34,441 bases of DNA from Phycisphaerae bacterium (GTDB lineage: Bacteria; Planctomycetota; Phycisphaerae; Sedimentisphaerales; Anaerobacaceae): assembly GCA_030609625.1 (NCBI GenBank), contig JAUWBX010000001.1, positions 1 through 34,441 on the forward strand, read 5' to 3'. Position numbers and translations under genes: made by a program. This document shows, one piece after another, positions 24,636 to 32,692 of the stretch. A model generated the notes under the pieces. It had not been told where the DNA came from. It made no database searches and was given only the letters and a program-made list of their open reading frames with translations. The stretch's first letter is position 1, and each line of letters opens with the position of its first letter.

Positions 24636-25357
24636 TAAAGCAGGCTCTTAGGATGATGAAGTGGAAAGAATTGGGGATTGAATACGGCAAGTGCTCCATG
24701 TGTGGCAAAACCCTTTTTATAAAACTCCGTAACGATGATATATCCGCGATAAGATGTGTTCGTTGTAGAGCGTCAGTAACTTCAATGGCCCTTGCCAGTG
24801 TTTTTAAAAAGCTGGTGCCTAATTGGGAAGATAAGGAAATATACGAGCTTTCGTCCCGAGGTCCATTCTTTAAGTTTCTTCATAAAAGGGCATCCCATCT
24901 TACATATTCAGAGTATTTTGATGACGTTACACCCGGGGCTTATAAAGGAGCGGTTCAATGTCAGGACGTGCAAGAATTAACTTATGCCAATGATAGTTTT
25001 GATGTCTGTACATGTACAGAAGTTTTTGAGCATGTGCCAGATGACATTAAAGGATTTAGCCAGATGTATCGGGTATTAAAACCAGGAGGTCTCTTTCTCT
25101 TTACGGTTCCGCTCTCAGCTCATAAGCAGACTGTTGAACGCGCGCGTTTGAGCGAAGGGGAGCTCATAATTCTTGAAAGGGCCGAGTACCATGATGACCA
25201 TATTCGTGGAGCTGGAAATGTCCTTTGTTTCAGGAACTATGGGCTTGATATTGTCGAGAGACTGAGCCTAGCAGGTTTCAAAAATACTGAAATAATATTG
25301 GTGAAAGCACCAACCCGCTGGGGTTATAATCGTCGGGTTGTGGTGGCTCGTAAGTAA
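24623..25357 (+). CDS. class I SAM-dependent methyltransferase with an N-terminal CxxC...CxxC zinc ribbon
   Basis: FDVCTCTEVFEHVPD...VLKPGGLFLFTVP; CSMCGK...CVRCRA. GGGAGAA lies upstream of GTG 24623. Confidence 0.8.
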   Translation: MFRVIKQALRMMKWKELGIEYGKCSMCGKTLFIKLRNDDISAIRCVRCRASVTSMALASVFKKLVPNWEDKEIYELSSRGPFFKFLHKRASHLTYSEYFDDVTPGAYKGAVQCQDVQELTYANDSFDVCTCTEVFEHVPDDIKGFSQMYRVLKPGGLFLFTVPLSAHKQTVERARLSEGELIILERAEYHDDHIRGAGNVLCFRNYGLDIVERLSLAGFKNTEIILVKAPTRWGYNRRVVVARK

Positions 25358-25416
25358 TCGCTGCAAATAAACAAATGGAATTGAAGCATCATTTGTTCCC
25401 CAAACTATGAAGTGCT

Positions 25417-26310
25417 ATGGTGGACAAAGGCAAAATGGTCTCAATAATAATCGTAAACTACAACGCCGGAAGGTTGTTAAAGGAGTGCATTGACTCGATA
25501 TACAAAGAATCAATAGCAACACCTTTTGATGTGTGGGTTGTCGATAATAATTCCCAAGATGATAGTATCACGATGATTAAAGAATATTTTCCCCAGGTCA
25601 ATGTAATTGAAAACAAAGAAAACGTTGGTTTTGCCAGAGCAAATAATCAAGCAATAGCAAAGTGCACCGGCGATTATATTCTTATTCTCAATCCTGATAC
25701 GCTGATTTTACAGAATGCTCCTGAAAAGATAGTTAACTTTATGGGTGAGAATCCAACTGTTGGGATTTGCGGCTGCAAAGTCCTAAATGAAGATGGAACC
25801 TTACAGCTTGCCTGTCGCAGAAGTATTCCAACTCCGGGAGTAGCATTTTTCCGACTAACAGGGTTAAGCAAGCTTTTTCCCAATAGTAAAATAATGGCAA
25901 AATATAATCTGACTTATCTTGGCCCTGATCAACCTCACGAAGTAGATGCTGTTTCGGGCGCTTTTTTAATGATTCGAAGAAAAGTGGTTGATAATATTGG
26001 CAAACTTGACGAAAGGTTTTTTATGTATGGCGAAGAACTGGACTGGTGCTTTAGGGCAAAAAAGGCTGGATGGAAGGTAATGTATTACCCAAATGCGAAG
26101 ATTATTCATTATAAGGGAGAGTGCAGCAAAAGCAACAACAGAAAGGTCACCTTCGAGTTCTATCGTTCAATGTATCTATTTCATAAGAAACATTTTGCTG
26201 AAAATTACAACCCAATCATAAATATTATTATTTATGCTGGTATCCTTCTAAAAGCTCTTATGTCATGGCGCAGTTTTCTCTTTTCAGCAAAAGTTGGCTC
26301 TAAGCGGTAA
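25417..26310 (+). CDS. glycosyltransferase family 2 (rhamnosyltransferase-like)
   Basis: VSIIIVNYNAGRLLKECIDSI...VVDNNSQDDS...ILILNPD. Confidence 0.85.
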   Translation: MVDKGKMVSIIIVNYNAGRLLKECIDSIYKESIATPFDVWVVDNNSQDDSITMIKEYFPQVNVIENKENVGFARANNQAIAKCTGDYILILNPDTLILQNAPEKIVNFMGENPTVGICGCKVLNEDGTLQLACRRSIPTPGVAFFRLTGLSKLFPNSKIMAKYNLTYLGPDQPHEVDAVSGAFLMIRRKVVDNIGKLDERFFMYGEELDWCFRAKKAGWKVMYYPNAKIIHYKGECSKSNNRKVTFEFYRSMYLFHKKHFAENYNPIINIIIYAGILLKALMSWRSFLFSAKVGSKR

Positions 26311-26317
26311 TTTGTTC

Positions 26318-27568
26318 ATGCGAATAATCTTAATACTAGCTAATGCTCTTCTAATAAACCTTGGCTTTCTTTTTGCTTTCCTTATCAGATACGGCCTGCC
26401 ATTTCCTGAGTATAATTTTACACCTTACAAAAAGAGTTTTGTATTTTTGACGCTGATATACATATCGGCTTTATCTTTTTTCAGAGTTTATAAGAACAGA
26501 TTCAAGTCTTCATGGGAACTTTTTCAAAAAGTGTCTTCGGGTGTATTTCTGGGAACGCTGCTTAGCGTAGCTTTTATTTATATTTTCAGAAGTCAATGGG
26601 GCAAATTCCCAACAAGTGTATTTGCCATTTCGTTTTTTGTAAATCTGCTCTTAATTTTCAAGTTTAATCAGTTTGTTCTGAAAACACAAAAGAAGATAAA
26701 AAAGCAGGTGATAATCCTCGGCAAGGGCAAAGTAGATGATATTGTCGGCAAAAAGGCAAATGTAGAAAGAAAGCGAATTGACCAGATTCGTGAACTGCTG
26801 GAATATTCGAATGTTGACGAAATAGTAATAAGCGAAAAAATCACTAATGCAAAAGACCTGAACCTACTGCTCTTTCTGGAGCGAAAGTTAAAAGCTGACA
26901 TTCTATTCAGTCCTTCAGTTTATCTGGAGATCCTACCTGAAAGAATAAACGGAAACTCTTCAGTTGAGTTGCTGAATACTTTCGTGGGCAGACGATCCGA
27001 TCGTGACGAGTTTTTTATTACGATTCTGGATATATCAACCTCATTGATATTGCTGATTTTAGCTGCGGTGCCGATGTTGATTATTTCTATTTTAATCAAA
27101 CTTACATCCAGAGGTGCAGTAATCTATAAGCAACAAAGGGTTGGCAAAGATGGCAAAATATTTACATTGTATAAATTCAGGACGATGGTAAAAGATGCAG
27201 AAAAAAAGGTTGGCCCGGTATTGGCACAAAAAAATGACAGCCGCGTTACAAAAATAGGCAAAATCCTTCGAACTACCCGATTCGATGAATTGCCACAGTT
27301 ATTCAATGTACTGTGTGGCCAGATGTCTATTGTCGGCCCCCGCCCGGAACGACCGCATTTTGTTAAACTGCACAAGGCATTGCAGGGACTAAGACTTGCA
27401 GTTAAGCCAGGGCTTACTGGTCTTGCCCAGGTAAGAAGTTTTTATGACCTGCATCCTAAGCACAAGATTAAATATGATTTTCTATATATTCAAAGAAGGT
27501 CGTTTTTGCTGAATATATATATCCTGCTGCAAACAATTCCAGTGGTATTTTTAAAGAAAGGCTGGTAA
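26318..27568 (+). CDS. initiating polyprenyl-phosphate sugar-phosphotransferase (WbaP/large PGT family)
   Basis: N-terminal TM bundle, a central Rossmann-like segment and a C-terminal bacterial sugar transferase domain (YKQQRVGKDGKIFTLYKFRTM...RFDELPQLFNVLCGQMSIVGPRPERP). Confidence 0.85.
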   Translation: MRIILILANALLINLGFLFAFLIRYGLPFPEYNFTPYKKSFVFLTLIYISALSFFRVYKNRFKSSWELFQKVSSGVFLGTLLSVAFIYIFRSQWGKFPTSVFAISFFVNLLLIFKFNQFVLKTQKKIKKQVIILGKGKVDDIVGKKANVERKRIDQIRELLEYSNVDEIVISEKITNAKDLNLLLFLERKLKADILFSPSVYLEILPERINGNSSVELLNTFVGRRSDRDEFFITILDISTSLILLILAAVPMLIISILIKLTSRGAVIYKQQRVGKDGKIFTLYKFRTMVKDAEKKVGPVLAQKNDSRVTKIGKILRTTRFDELPQLFNVLCGQMSIVGPRPERPHFVKLHKALQGLRLAVKPGLTGLAQVRSFYDLHPKHKIKYDFLYIQRRSFLLNIYILLQTIPVVFLKKGW

Positions 27569-27570
27569 AG

Positions 27571-29172
27571 TCAAAGCACCTCGTAAATAACAATTCTTTT
27601 TTTCATTTTCTTCTTACTCATCCACACCGAATATCTTTTTCGCACTTCTCTGTTAAAGGTTATACTGTCTTCTGCCTGCTTGCCATCTAAGAATTTTACT
27701 ACGTATGTGGTATTGCCGGGGATATTCTCTCCATCCATTCTCCTGCTTGACCTTTGTGCATAAAAGCCAATCCGCGAATCTGCCATTGCTGCCATTGCGA
27801 TTAGACCTTTTTCGCTTGTATTCTCCTTCAACCATTTCGCCGTATCAATATAGCCTTGCTTTTCCCACCGCAGCGGTGTTATCCTGCCGAACTTAGCCGT
27901 ACAAATACTAAAGCCTACTGCCACAAGTATAAAAAACCAGCGTTGTCTGTTTTTCCTTACGGCCAAACCGTTCTTAGAAGTCCTCTTACTTAGCCAGCGT
28001 GCAAGTATCTGCAGGCCAGCCGGAATGTAAAAAGCAGTAAACACAATGATAGGCATACAATGCCTTCTACTTATATAGCTATGATTAATATGCAGCAGCA
28101 CCATCATTACCACATACAGAACTATCAAAGCAAATATAAAAAACCTTTCGGTAAGCAAAGTCCTTCGTAGTTTGCGGAAATGACAATAAAGACCAACCAT
28201 CAGCGGGAGTACAAAAAAGTACATAAGGTTATCACTGATTTTCTCGCCGAGCTGACCAAGGGCTTTTAGTATATCGGTTGGCATCCCAGAAGCTGTGTGT
28301 ACTGCTACGGTGCCATCAAAGCCACTTTGCTCAAGCCTACTGGACTGCCATGGAGTGTTACAGCTTATAACCCTTTTTAGTTTTGGTGGTAAAACTCTTC
28401 CTCTGACCTTCATATAAGGCGCTGCTGGAATTGCAAATCCGATTAGAAGGATCAGGGTTAGGCGAATAGCCTTGAGCCTACTTATATTCGGCCTTGGAAG
28501 AAACAAACTGATTAACAGCCACAAGATTCCATATATTACTATTTGTGCGCATTCCGCTCGTATTGTATGCCCAAGCCCTGCTGCCAATCCAGCGATTGCA
28601 AACATCCACCACTTCCCGAATCTGCTGCCCCAAATTAAGAATAAAAGGCCTGTGGACAAAAACAAGATATGAGGCCATTCCCGAATAACATCACTTCCGA
28701 ATTCGGCTGGATAGGGCAGCATAATTAAAATCAACAATCCCCAAAAGCTGCGCCGAGACCCAACCAGCAATTTCCCGATAAAATATAACGGTATCAGTGA
28801 CAGCACTCTGCATAGTAAGCTCACACTTTGTGCTGAGTAAATCCAGCTATATATAGAGCCATCCTGCGAAAAGGATGTGGTCACCTTATGAGTTAAGAAA
28901 ATAAGAAACGGGTAACCAAAAGGAGATCCATGCTTTATCACGCCAATTGGGTTTTTAGGAAAGTCTTGAGCAAGCCTGACGTATAGTGTTCCATCTTGAG
29001 CAATTAAAACCGTGGTAGCTATTATATATATTCCTATTGCGAGCGAGATTATTAGTAATACGGCGATATGAAGACTATTGCGAGGCCGAGGCGGTCGTTT
29101 GCTGTCCGTAGTAGTAGCCCATACGTATTGTCCAATTGTAGGATTTCTACACGCTTGCGGTGTTTTACTCAC
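27571..29172 (-). CDS. GT-C fold membrane glycosyltransferase (family 39, ArnT/PMT-like) with a C-terminal soluble domain
   Basis: A 533-aa polytopic protein with an early loop Asp (AQDGTLYV) and about 12 TM helices. Convergent with the PGT gene across a 2-nt gap. Confidence 0.6.
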   Translation of the reverse strand: MSKTPQACRNPTIGQYVWATTTDSKRPPRPRNSLHIAVLLIISLAIGIYIIATTVLIAQDGTLYVRLAQDFPKNPIGVIKHGSPFGYPFLIFLTHKVTTSFSQDGSIYSWIYSAQSVSLLCRVLSLIPLYFIGKLLVGSRRSFWGLLILIMLPYPAEFGSDVIREWPHILFLSTGLLFLIWGSRFGKWWMFAIAGLAAGLGHTIRAECAQIVIYGILWLLISLFLPRPNISRLKAIRLTLILLIGFAIPAAPYMKVRGRVLPPKLKRVISCNTPWQSSRLEQSGFDGTVAVHTASGMPTDILKALGQLGEKISDNLMYFFVLPLMVGLYCHFRKLRRTLLTERFFIFALIVLYVVMMVLLHINHSYISRRHCMPIIVFTAFYIPAGLQILARWLSKRTSKNGLAVRKNRQRWFFILVAVGFSICTAKFGRITPLRWEKQGYIDTAKWLKENTSEKGLIAMAAMADSRIGFYAQRSSRRMDGENIPGNTTYVVKFLDGKQAEDSITFNREVRKRYSVWMSKKKMKKRIVIYEVL

Positions 29173-29553
29173 TGCTTTGTCCTGACCTCACACAATTTGT
29201 ACACAAACCACATAATCCTTACCAAAACGATTAATATCCAGAAACTTAGCCATTTTCAGCAAGTATTATGGGGCAAATTAACTAATTTGTCAAAACATTT
29301 TCAACCCGACTTTGACAGTTTTGCAGTTTTGATGATTTCTTTGAGTGGCGAAAAATGCTGAAAAGGGGGTCAGGATGAAAAAGATAAGCTTTTAGCTTTC
29401 TAATTCTTCCTGCTCTTTTTGTTGCTATACCTTTTTGCTTTAGCAGACTCCTGATTTCATTCATCAAACCCTTTGGCAAGCAACTTGTCCTCGGATGCTT
29501 TGTCTTTGTACACTCCTGTAATCTCCCGTGATAACAACTGTAAAACTCTTTAA

Positions 29554-29883
29554 ATGACGTTTTACCGCCGATTATCACAGGTTTTCGGTTACAGTGGTAC
29601 AATTTTCAACCGCCCGCCAAGTGGTACACTTTTGCTCCGCCGTTTACAAGCTGGACTGCAGCGATGGAAAGATGCCTTTAAAATCATAAGAAGAAACTGT
29701 GAAACAGACTGGGCTCAAGTTTATCCACAGTATGCTGTATCGACTTGGATCGGGCATGGAATTGAGGTCTCGGCCCGTCACTATTTGCAGGTTCCGAAAG
29801 AATTGTATGACAAGGTTGCTGCCACAAAATCAAAAAATAAAACAAGCATGAAAAAACGAAGCAAGCATAAGATAAGCTCTTAG
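29554..29883 (+). pseudogene. tyrosine recombinase (phage-type integrase) C-terminal remnant
   Basis: IIRRNCETDWAQVYPQYAVSTWIGHGIEVSARHYLQV carries the distal Arg, the His and the catalytic Tyr context (HY) of tyrosine recombinases. There is no N-terminal or core-binding part in any frame upstream. It ends 15 nt from the tRNA 3' end. Confidence 0.7.
29594..29641. repeat. 27-nt-spaced direct repeat GTGGTACAMTTTTsnnCCGCC x2 inside the integrase debris
   Basis: Read directly: gtggtacaattttcaaccgcc at 29594 and gtggtacacttttgctccgcc at 29621. Confidence 0.8.
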
Positions 29884-29898
29884 AAGAATTTATAACAA

Positions 29899-29972
29899 TG
29901 GGCGGTACTGGACTTGAACCAGTGACCTCCTGCGTGTCGAGCAGGCGCTCTAACCAACTGAGCTAACCGCCC
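29899..29972 (-). tRNA. tRNA-Val (anticodon GAC), 74 nt, CCA not encoded
   Basis: Folded by hand. Acceptor GGGCGGT/ACCGCCC; D arm GCTC-AGTTGGTTA-GAGC; anticodon arm CCTGC-TCGACAC-GCAGG; variable loop AGGTC; T arm ACTGG-TTCAAGT-CCAGT; discriminator A. Confidence 0.88.
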
Positions 29973-30150
29973 CCTTGCAAAATGCCCCACTGTCTTGCTT
30001 TACGAAGTAAAGCGATAGGGGACATTCGCTTATAGTATCGTTAAGAAAAATTAAAAATCAAGAATTTTTGTGCAAAACCACTGCATAAATGAGAAATGAT
30101 ACTCCGTTCGTAGATGTAACATTAGATATTAACACAAGTTATGACAACAA

Positions 30151-30726
30151 TTACCAGCTCAGATTTCTTCTTATAACCGCGGCAGCCGAAATCTTTCGTT
30201 GCGCATTGCCACGGACAACCGTTATAGAAATCTGAACACTTTTACAATCAGTTCCATCAACTGTGGGAGTTTTTGTGAAAGTCATAGCAGTAACATTGTC
30301 ACAAAGCACATACTCGTTTCCATTGTTGTTAGTGATCAGCAACAGCGTATTCGGGTACGAAGGATCCGCAGAGTTGCGAAACTCGTAGGTGATGTCCTCA
30401 CCGGTCCCCGTCCAGAAATTGCACTGGTTACTTGGGGCCAGCGGATCGACCCCGCCCCAGACGCCGGGCGCAATCTCATAACCGGCGGTACGGAGTTGGG
30501 TGGTCATGCGGGTCAGGGCCTGTCTGGCGCTGTTGATTGCCTTAAAGATGTCCTCATTTTCGCGGTAATTTATAATCGAGGCGTTAAAGGCAGTAGCTAC
30601 CGCAGCGAGCAGTATGCTTGCTATTGCCAGAGCAAGCAGTAGTTCCACAATCGTAAAACCAGTTTCGTATTTCCACCGTAAGGTGTCCTGTGGAGTATCT
30701 CGTTTTTTGTATCTCGTATTTTGCAT
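30151..30726 (-). CDS. prepilin-type N-terminal cleavage/methylation domain protein (minor pilin / pseudopilin)
   Basis: G|FTIVELLLALAIASILLAAV with Glu at +5, after a long 22-aa leader (MQNTRYKKRDTPQDTLRWKYET). Confidence 0.8.
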   Translation of the reverse strand: MQNTRYKKRDTPQDTLRWKYETGFTIVELLLALAIASILLAAVATAFNASIINYRENEDIFKAINSARQALTRMTTQLRTAGYEIAPGVWGGVDPLAPSNQCNFWTGTGEDITYEFRNSADPSYPNTLLLITNNNGNEYVLCDNVTAMTFTKTPTVDGTDCKSVQISITVVRGNAQRKISAAAVIRRNLSW

Positions 30727-30826
30727 TTCGTATCTCGCGGTTAGTGGATGCGTATATGCATAAATGCGTTTATCTGTTGACTCATCTACTCATTCACGCA
30801 TCCACTGATTCACTCATTCATGTTTT

Positions 30827-31312
30827 TTAGTATCGGGCACGAAGCCATCTGGCGGAGCTGATTTCCCTTGAGTTCAAAAAAACCTTTACAGTTACTCGAA
30901 CAAAGTAGCTGCCATGGTCAATTACAATCTGCTCAAAATCCGAAGCATTGACATTTTCAACCGTAATTTGCTGGCTAAACGCAGCAAGGTCGTTCAGAGG
31001 CTTTCTGTCGGCACCGATGGGTGGAGAAAAACTCGCACCATCAAAATCATCCAAGTCGTCATAGTCGTCGAGGAGAGTCTCCTCCGGACCAAATGTGGAA
31101 CCGCCGTCTGGGTCAATTACCGGCAGCAAGATGCTAAGCTCCCTTATCTGTTCGATGAGAAACTCGGCGGTTGACAACTCTACTCCGGCACCGTTGGCTT
31201 TTGTGAACGCACTATTGGCTGTAACCAGAGAGGCAATTGCAAGACCCACCAACAGTATTGCAATTAACACCTCGATAAGTGAAAAGCCATCCTCGTATCT
31301 CGTATCTCGCAT
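30827..31312 (-). CDS. prepilin-type N-terminal cleavage/methylation domain protein (pilin / pseudopilin)
   Basis: MRDTRYEDG|FSLIEVLIAILLVGLAIASLV with Glu at +5. Confidence 0.8.
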   Translation of the reverse strand: MRDTRYEDGFSLIEVLIAILLVGLAIASLVTANSAFTKANGAGVELSTAEFLIEQIRELSILLPVIDPDGGSTFGPEETLLDDYDDLDDFDGASFSPPIGADRKPLNDLAAFSQQITVENVNASDFEQIVIDHGSYFVRVTVKVFLNSREISSARWLRARY

Positions 31313-31385
31313 TTCACACCCCCTTTAATTGATTAACGATAGACGATTGACGCGTCTCTCGTGCCTCGTCCCTGGTCACTCGGTT

Positions 31386-32681
31386 TTACTTGTTCATAAC
31401 AACACTGGACATCTTGAATATCGGCAGAATAATACTCATCGCAATAAAGCCGACCAAAACACCCATCACAACTATCATTATTGGCTCTATCATTGAGGTT
31501 ACTGTTTTGATAACAGTTTTGAGCTCTCTTGCGTAGTAATCTGAAACATCCCTTAGAACATCGCTCATAGAACCCGAATCTTCGCCGCTTCTTATCATTT
31601 GCACAACATTACTTGGCATCAGATTATACTGGCTCAGACTGGATGCGATTTTTTTGCCCTGACGAACCTCCTCATAGACGCCAAGCCACATCTCTTTATA
31701 AAGAACGTTTCCCGCAATTTGTGCTGTTATCGAAATAGTATTTAGTATCGGCACACCGGCTTTTGTCAGTACACCCATTGTGTGCAGGCTTCTTGTTATA
31801 TAAAGACTTCGGCACAGCGTTTTTATAAGAGGCAATACCAATTTGGCCTTGTCCCACCATCGACGTCCGCCCTCACTACCAATAAAATACCAAAACCCCC
31901 AGAATGAAGCTCCAATAACCGGTATAATAACAAACCAGTATCCCCTCACAAACATACTGGTGGCCATTAAGGCTTTCGTAGGTCCTGGCAGCAGATGCTC
32001 TTTTCCTGCGAAGATGGCTGTAAACCGCGGCAGGACAAAACACAACAGGAAAATAGTTACCGACACGGCCATAGTTGCTATGATAATCGGATAAACCATC
32101 GCTCCTCTAATTTGTGAGCGAGTTTCGGCCTCGGAGTCCAGATACTCGGCTAATTTTTGCAGCATTTTACTAAGCGAGCCGCTGATTTCTGCTGCAGCCA
32201 CCATATTTATATAAAGCTCGCTGAATACGTCCGAATGCTCCGAAAGAGCCTGGGAAAAACTCTCTCCGGATTCGATTCGATTCTTCAAATCAAAAATGAC
32301 GAGCTTAAATTTCTGGTTATCATTTTGCTCAGCTATTGACTCAAGCGAATCCTGAAGACTTATGCCGGCCCGGACCATAACGGCAAGCTGATTCGTGAAA
32401 TTCAAGATATCCTTTTTGCTCGGCCCGAACTCAACTCTGAAATTCCTTACCTTTTGCCACGCGATTTGCTGTCTGTTCCTGTGATTGGTATGTGTGGATG
32501 TGGACGAGCCACGACGGGCAGACTCTTGGCCGTGCTGGGCCTGCTCCGGAGGAACCTGGGTTTGCTCCCGACCTTCGGACTTCGACGAGCTCTGTCGAGT
32601 CACAACCGCCCCCGCTGCTTCGAGTTTGCGAAGCAAACCGGCAGCGGAACCTTTATTGTCTTGCGAAGATTCTTCAAACAT
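31386..32681 (-). CDS. pilC: type IV pilus / T2SS platform protein (PilC/GspF family) with a ~90-aa low-complexity N-terminal extension
   Basis: Two GspF repeats (FTNQLAVMVRAGISL...; LHTMGVLTKAGVPIL...) and three TM segments. Confidence 0.88.
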   Translation of the reverse strand: MFEESSQDNKGSAAGLLRKLEAAGAVVTRQSSSKSEGREQTQVPPEQAQHGQESARRGSSTSTHTNHRNRQQIAWQKVRNFRVEFGPSKKDILNFTNQLAVMVRAGISLQDSLESIAEQNDNQKFKLVIFDLKNRIESGESFSQALSEHSDVFSELYINMVAAAEISGSLSKMLQKLAEYLDSEAETRSQIRGAMVYPIIIATMAVSVTIFLLCFVLPRFTAIFAGKEHLLPGPTKALMATSMFVRGYWFVIIPVIGASFWGFWYFIGSEGGRRWWDKAKLVLPLIKTLCRSLYITRSLHTMGVLTKAGVPILNTISITAQIAGNVLYKEMWLGVYEEVRQGKKIASSLSQYNLMPSNVVQMIRSGEDSGSMSDVLRDVSDYYARELKTVIKTVTSMIEPIMIVVMGVLVGFIAMSIILPIFKMSSVVMNK

Positions 32682-32692
32682 AGGTATATGCC

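Larger units (their letters stand above)
10777..29945. mobile_element. tRNA-Val-integrated genomic island (~19 kb) carrying a polysaccharide biosynthesis locus; the integrase is degraded
   Basis: 47-nt direct repeats derived from the tRNA, an integrase stub next to the intact tRNA, an orphan terminator at the far end, accessory gene content and mosaic base composition. Confidence 0.75.

Noticed and set aside
25370-25397. Hairpin AACAAATG-N12-CATTTGTT between the methyltransferase and GT2 genes as a terminator
   Set aside because: It has only 8 AT-rich bp and a 12-nt loop with no following T-run, and the flanking genes look like one operon.
29282-29602. 106-aa ORF on the minus strand, and the 29068..29361 ORF on the plus strand
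   Set aside because: They lie in integrase debris and the GT39 promoter region. They have no motifs, and the plus-strand frame there carries the recombinase remnant and repeat units.
29985-30021. Hairpin CCCC...GCTTTAC-gaa-GTAAAGC...GGGG between the last pilin gene and tRNA-Val as the pilus-operon terminator
   Set aside because: It is plausible (7-bp perfect stem, followed on the minus strand by cATTTTG), but the T-run is short and it could equally be part of the tRNA leader. The evidence is insufficient to call.
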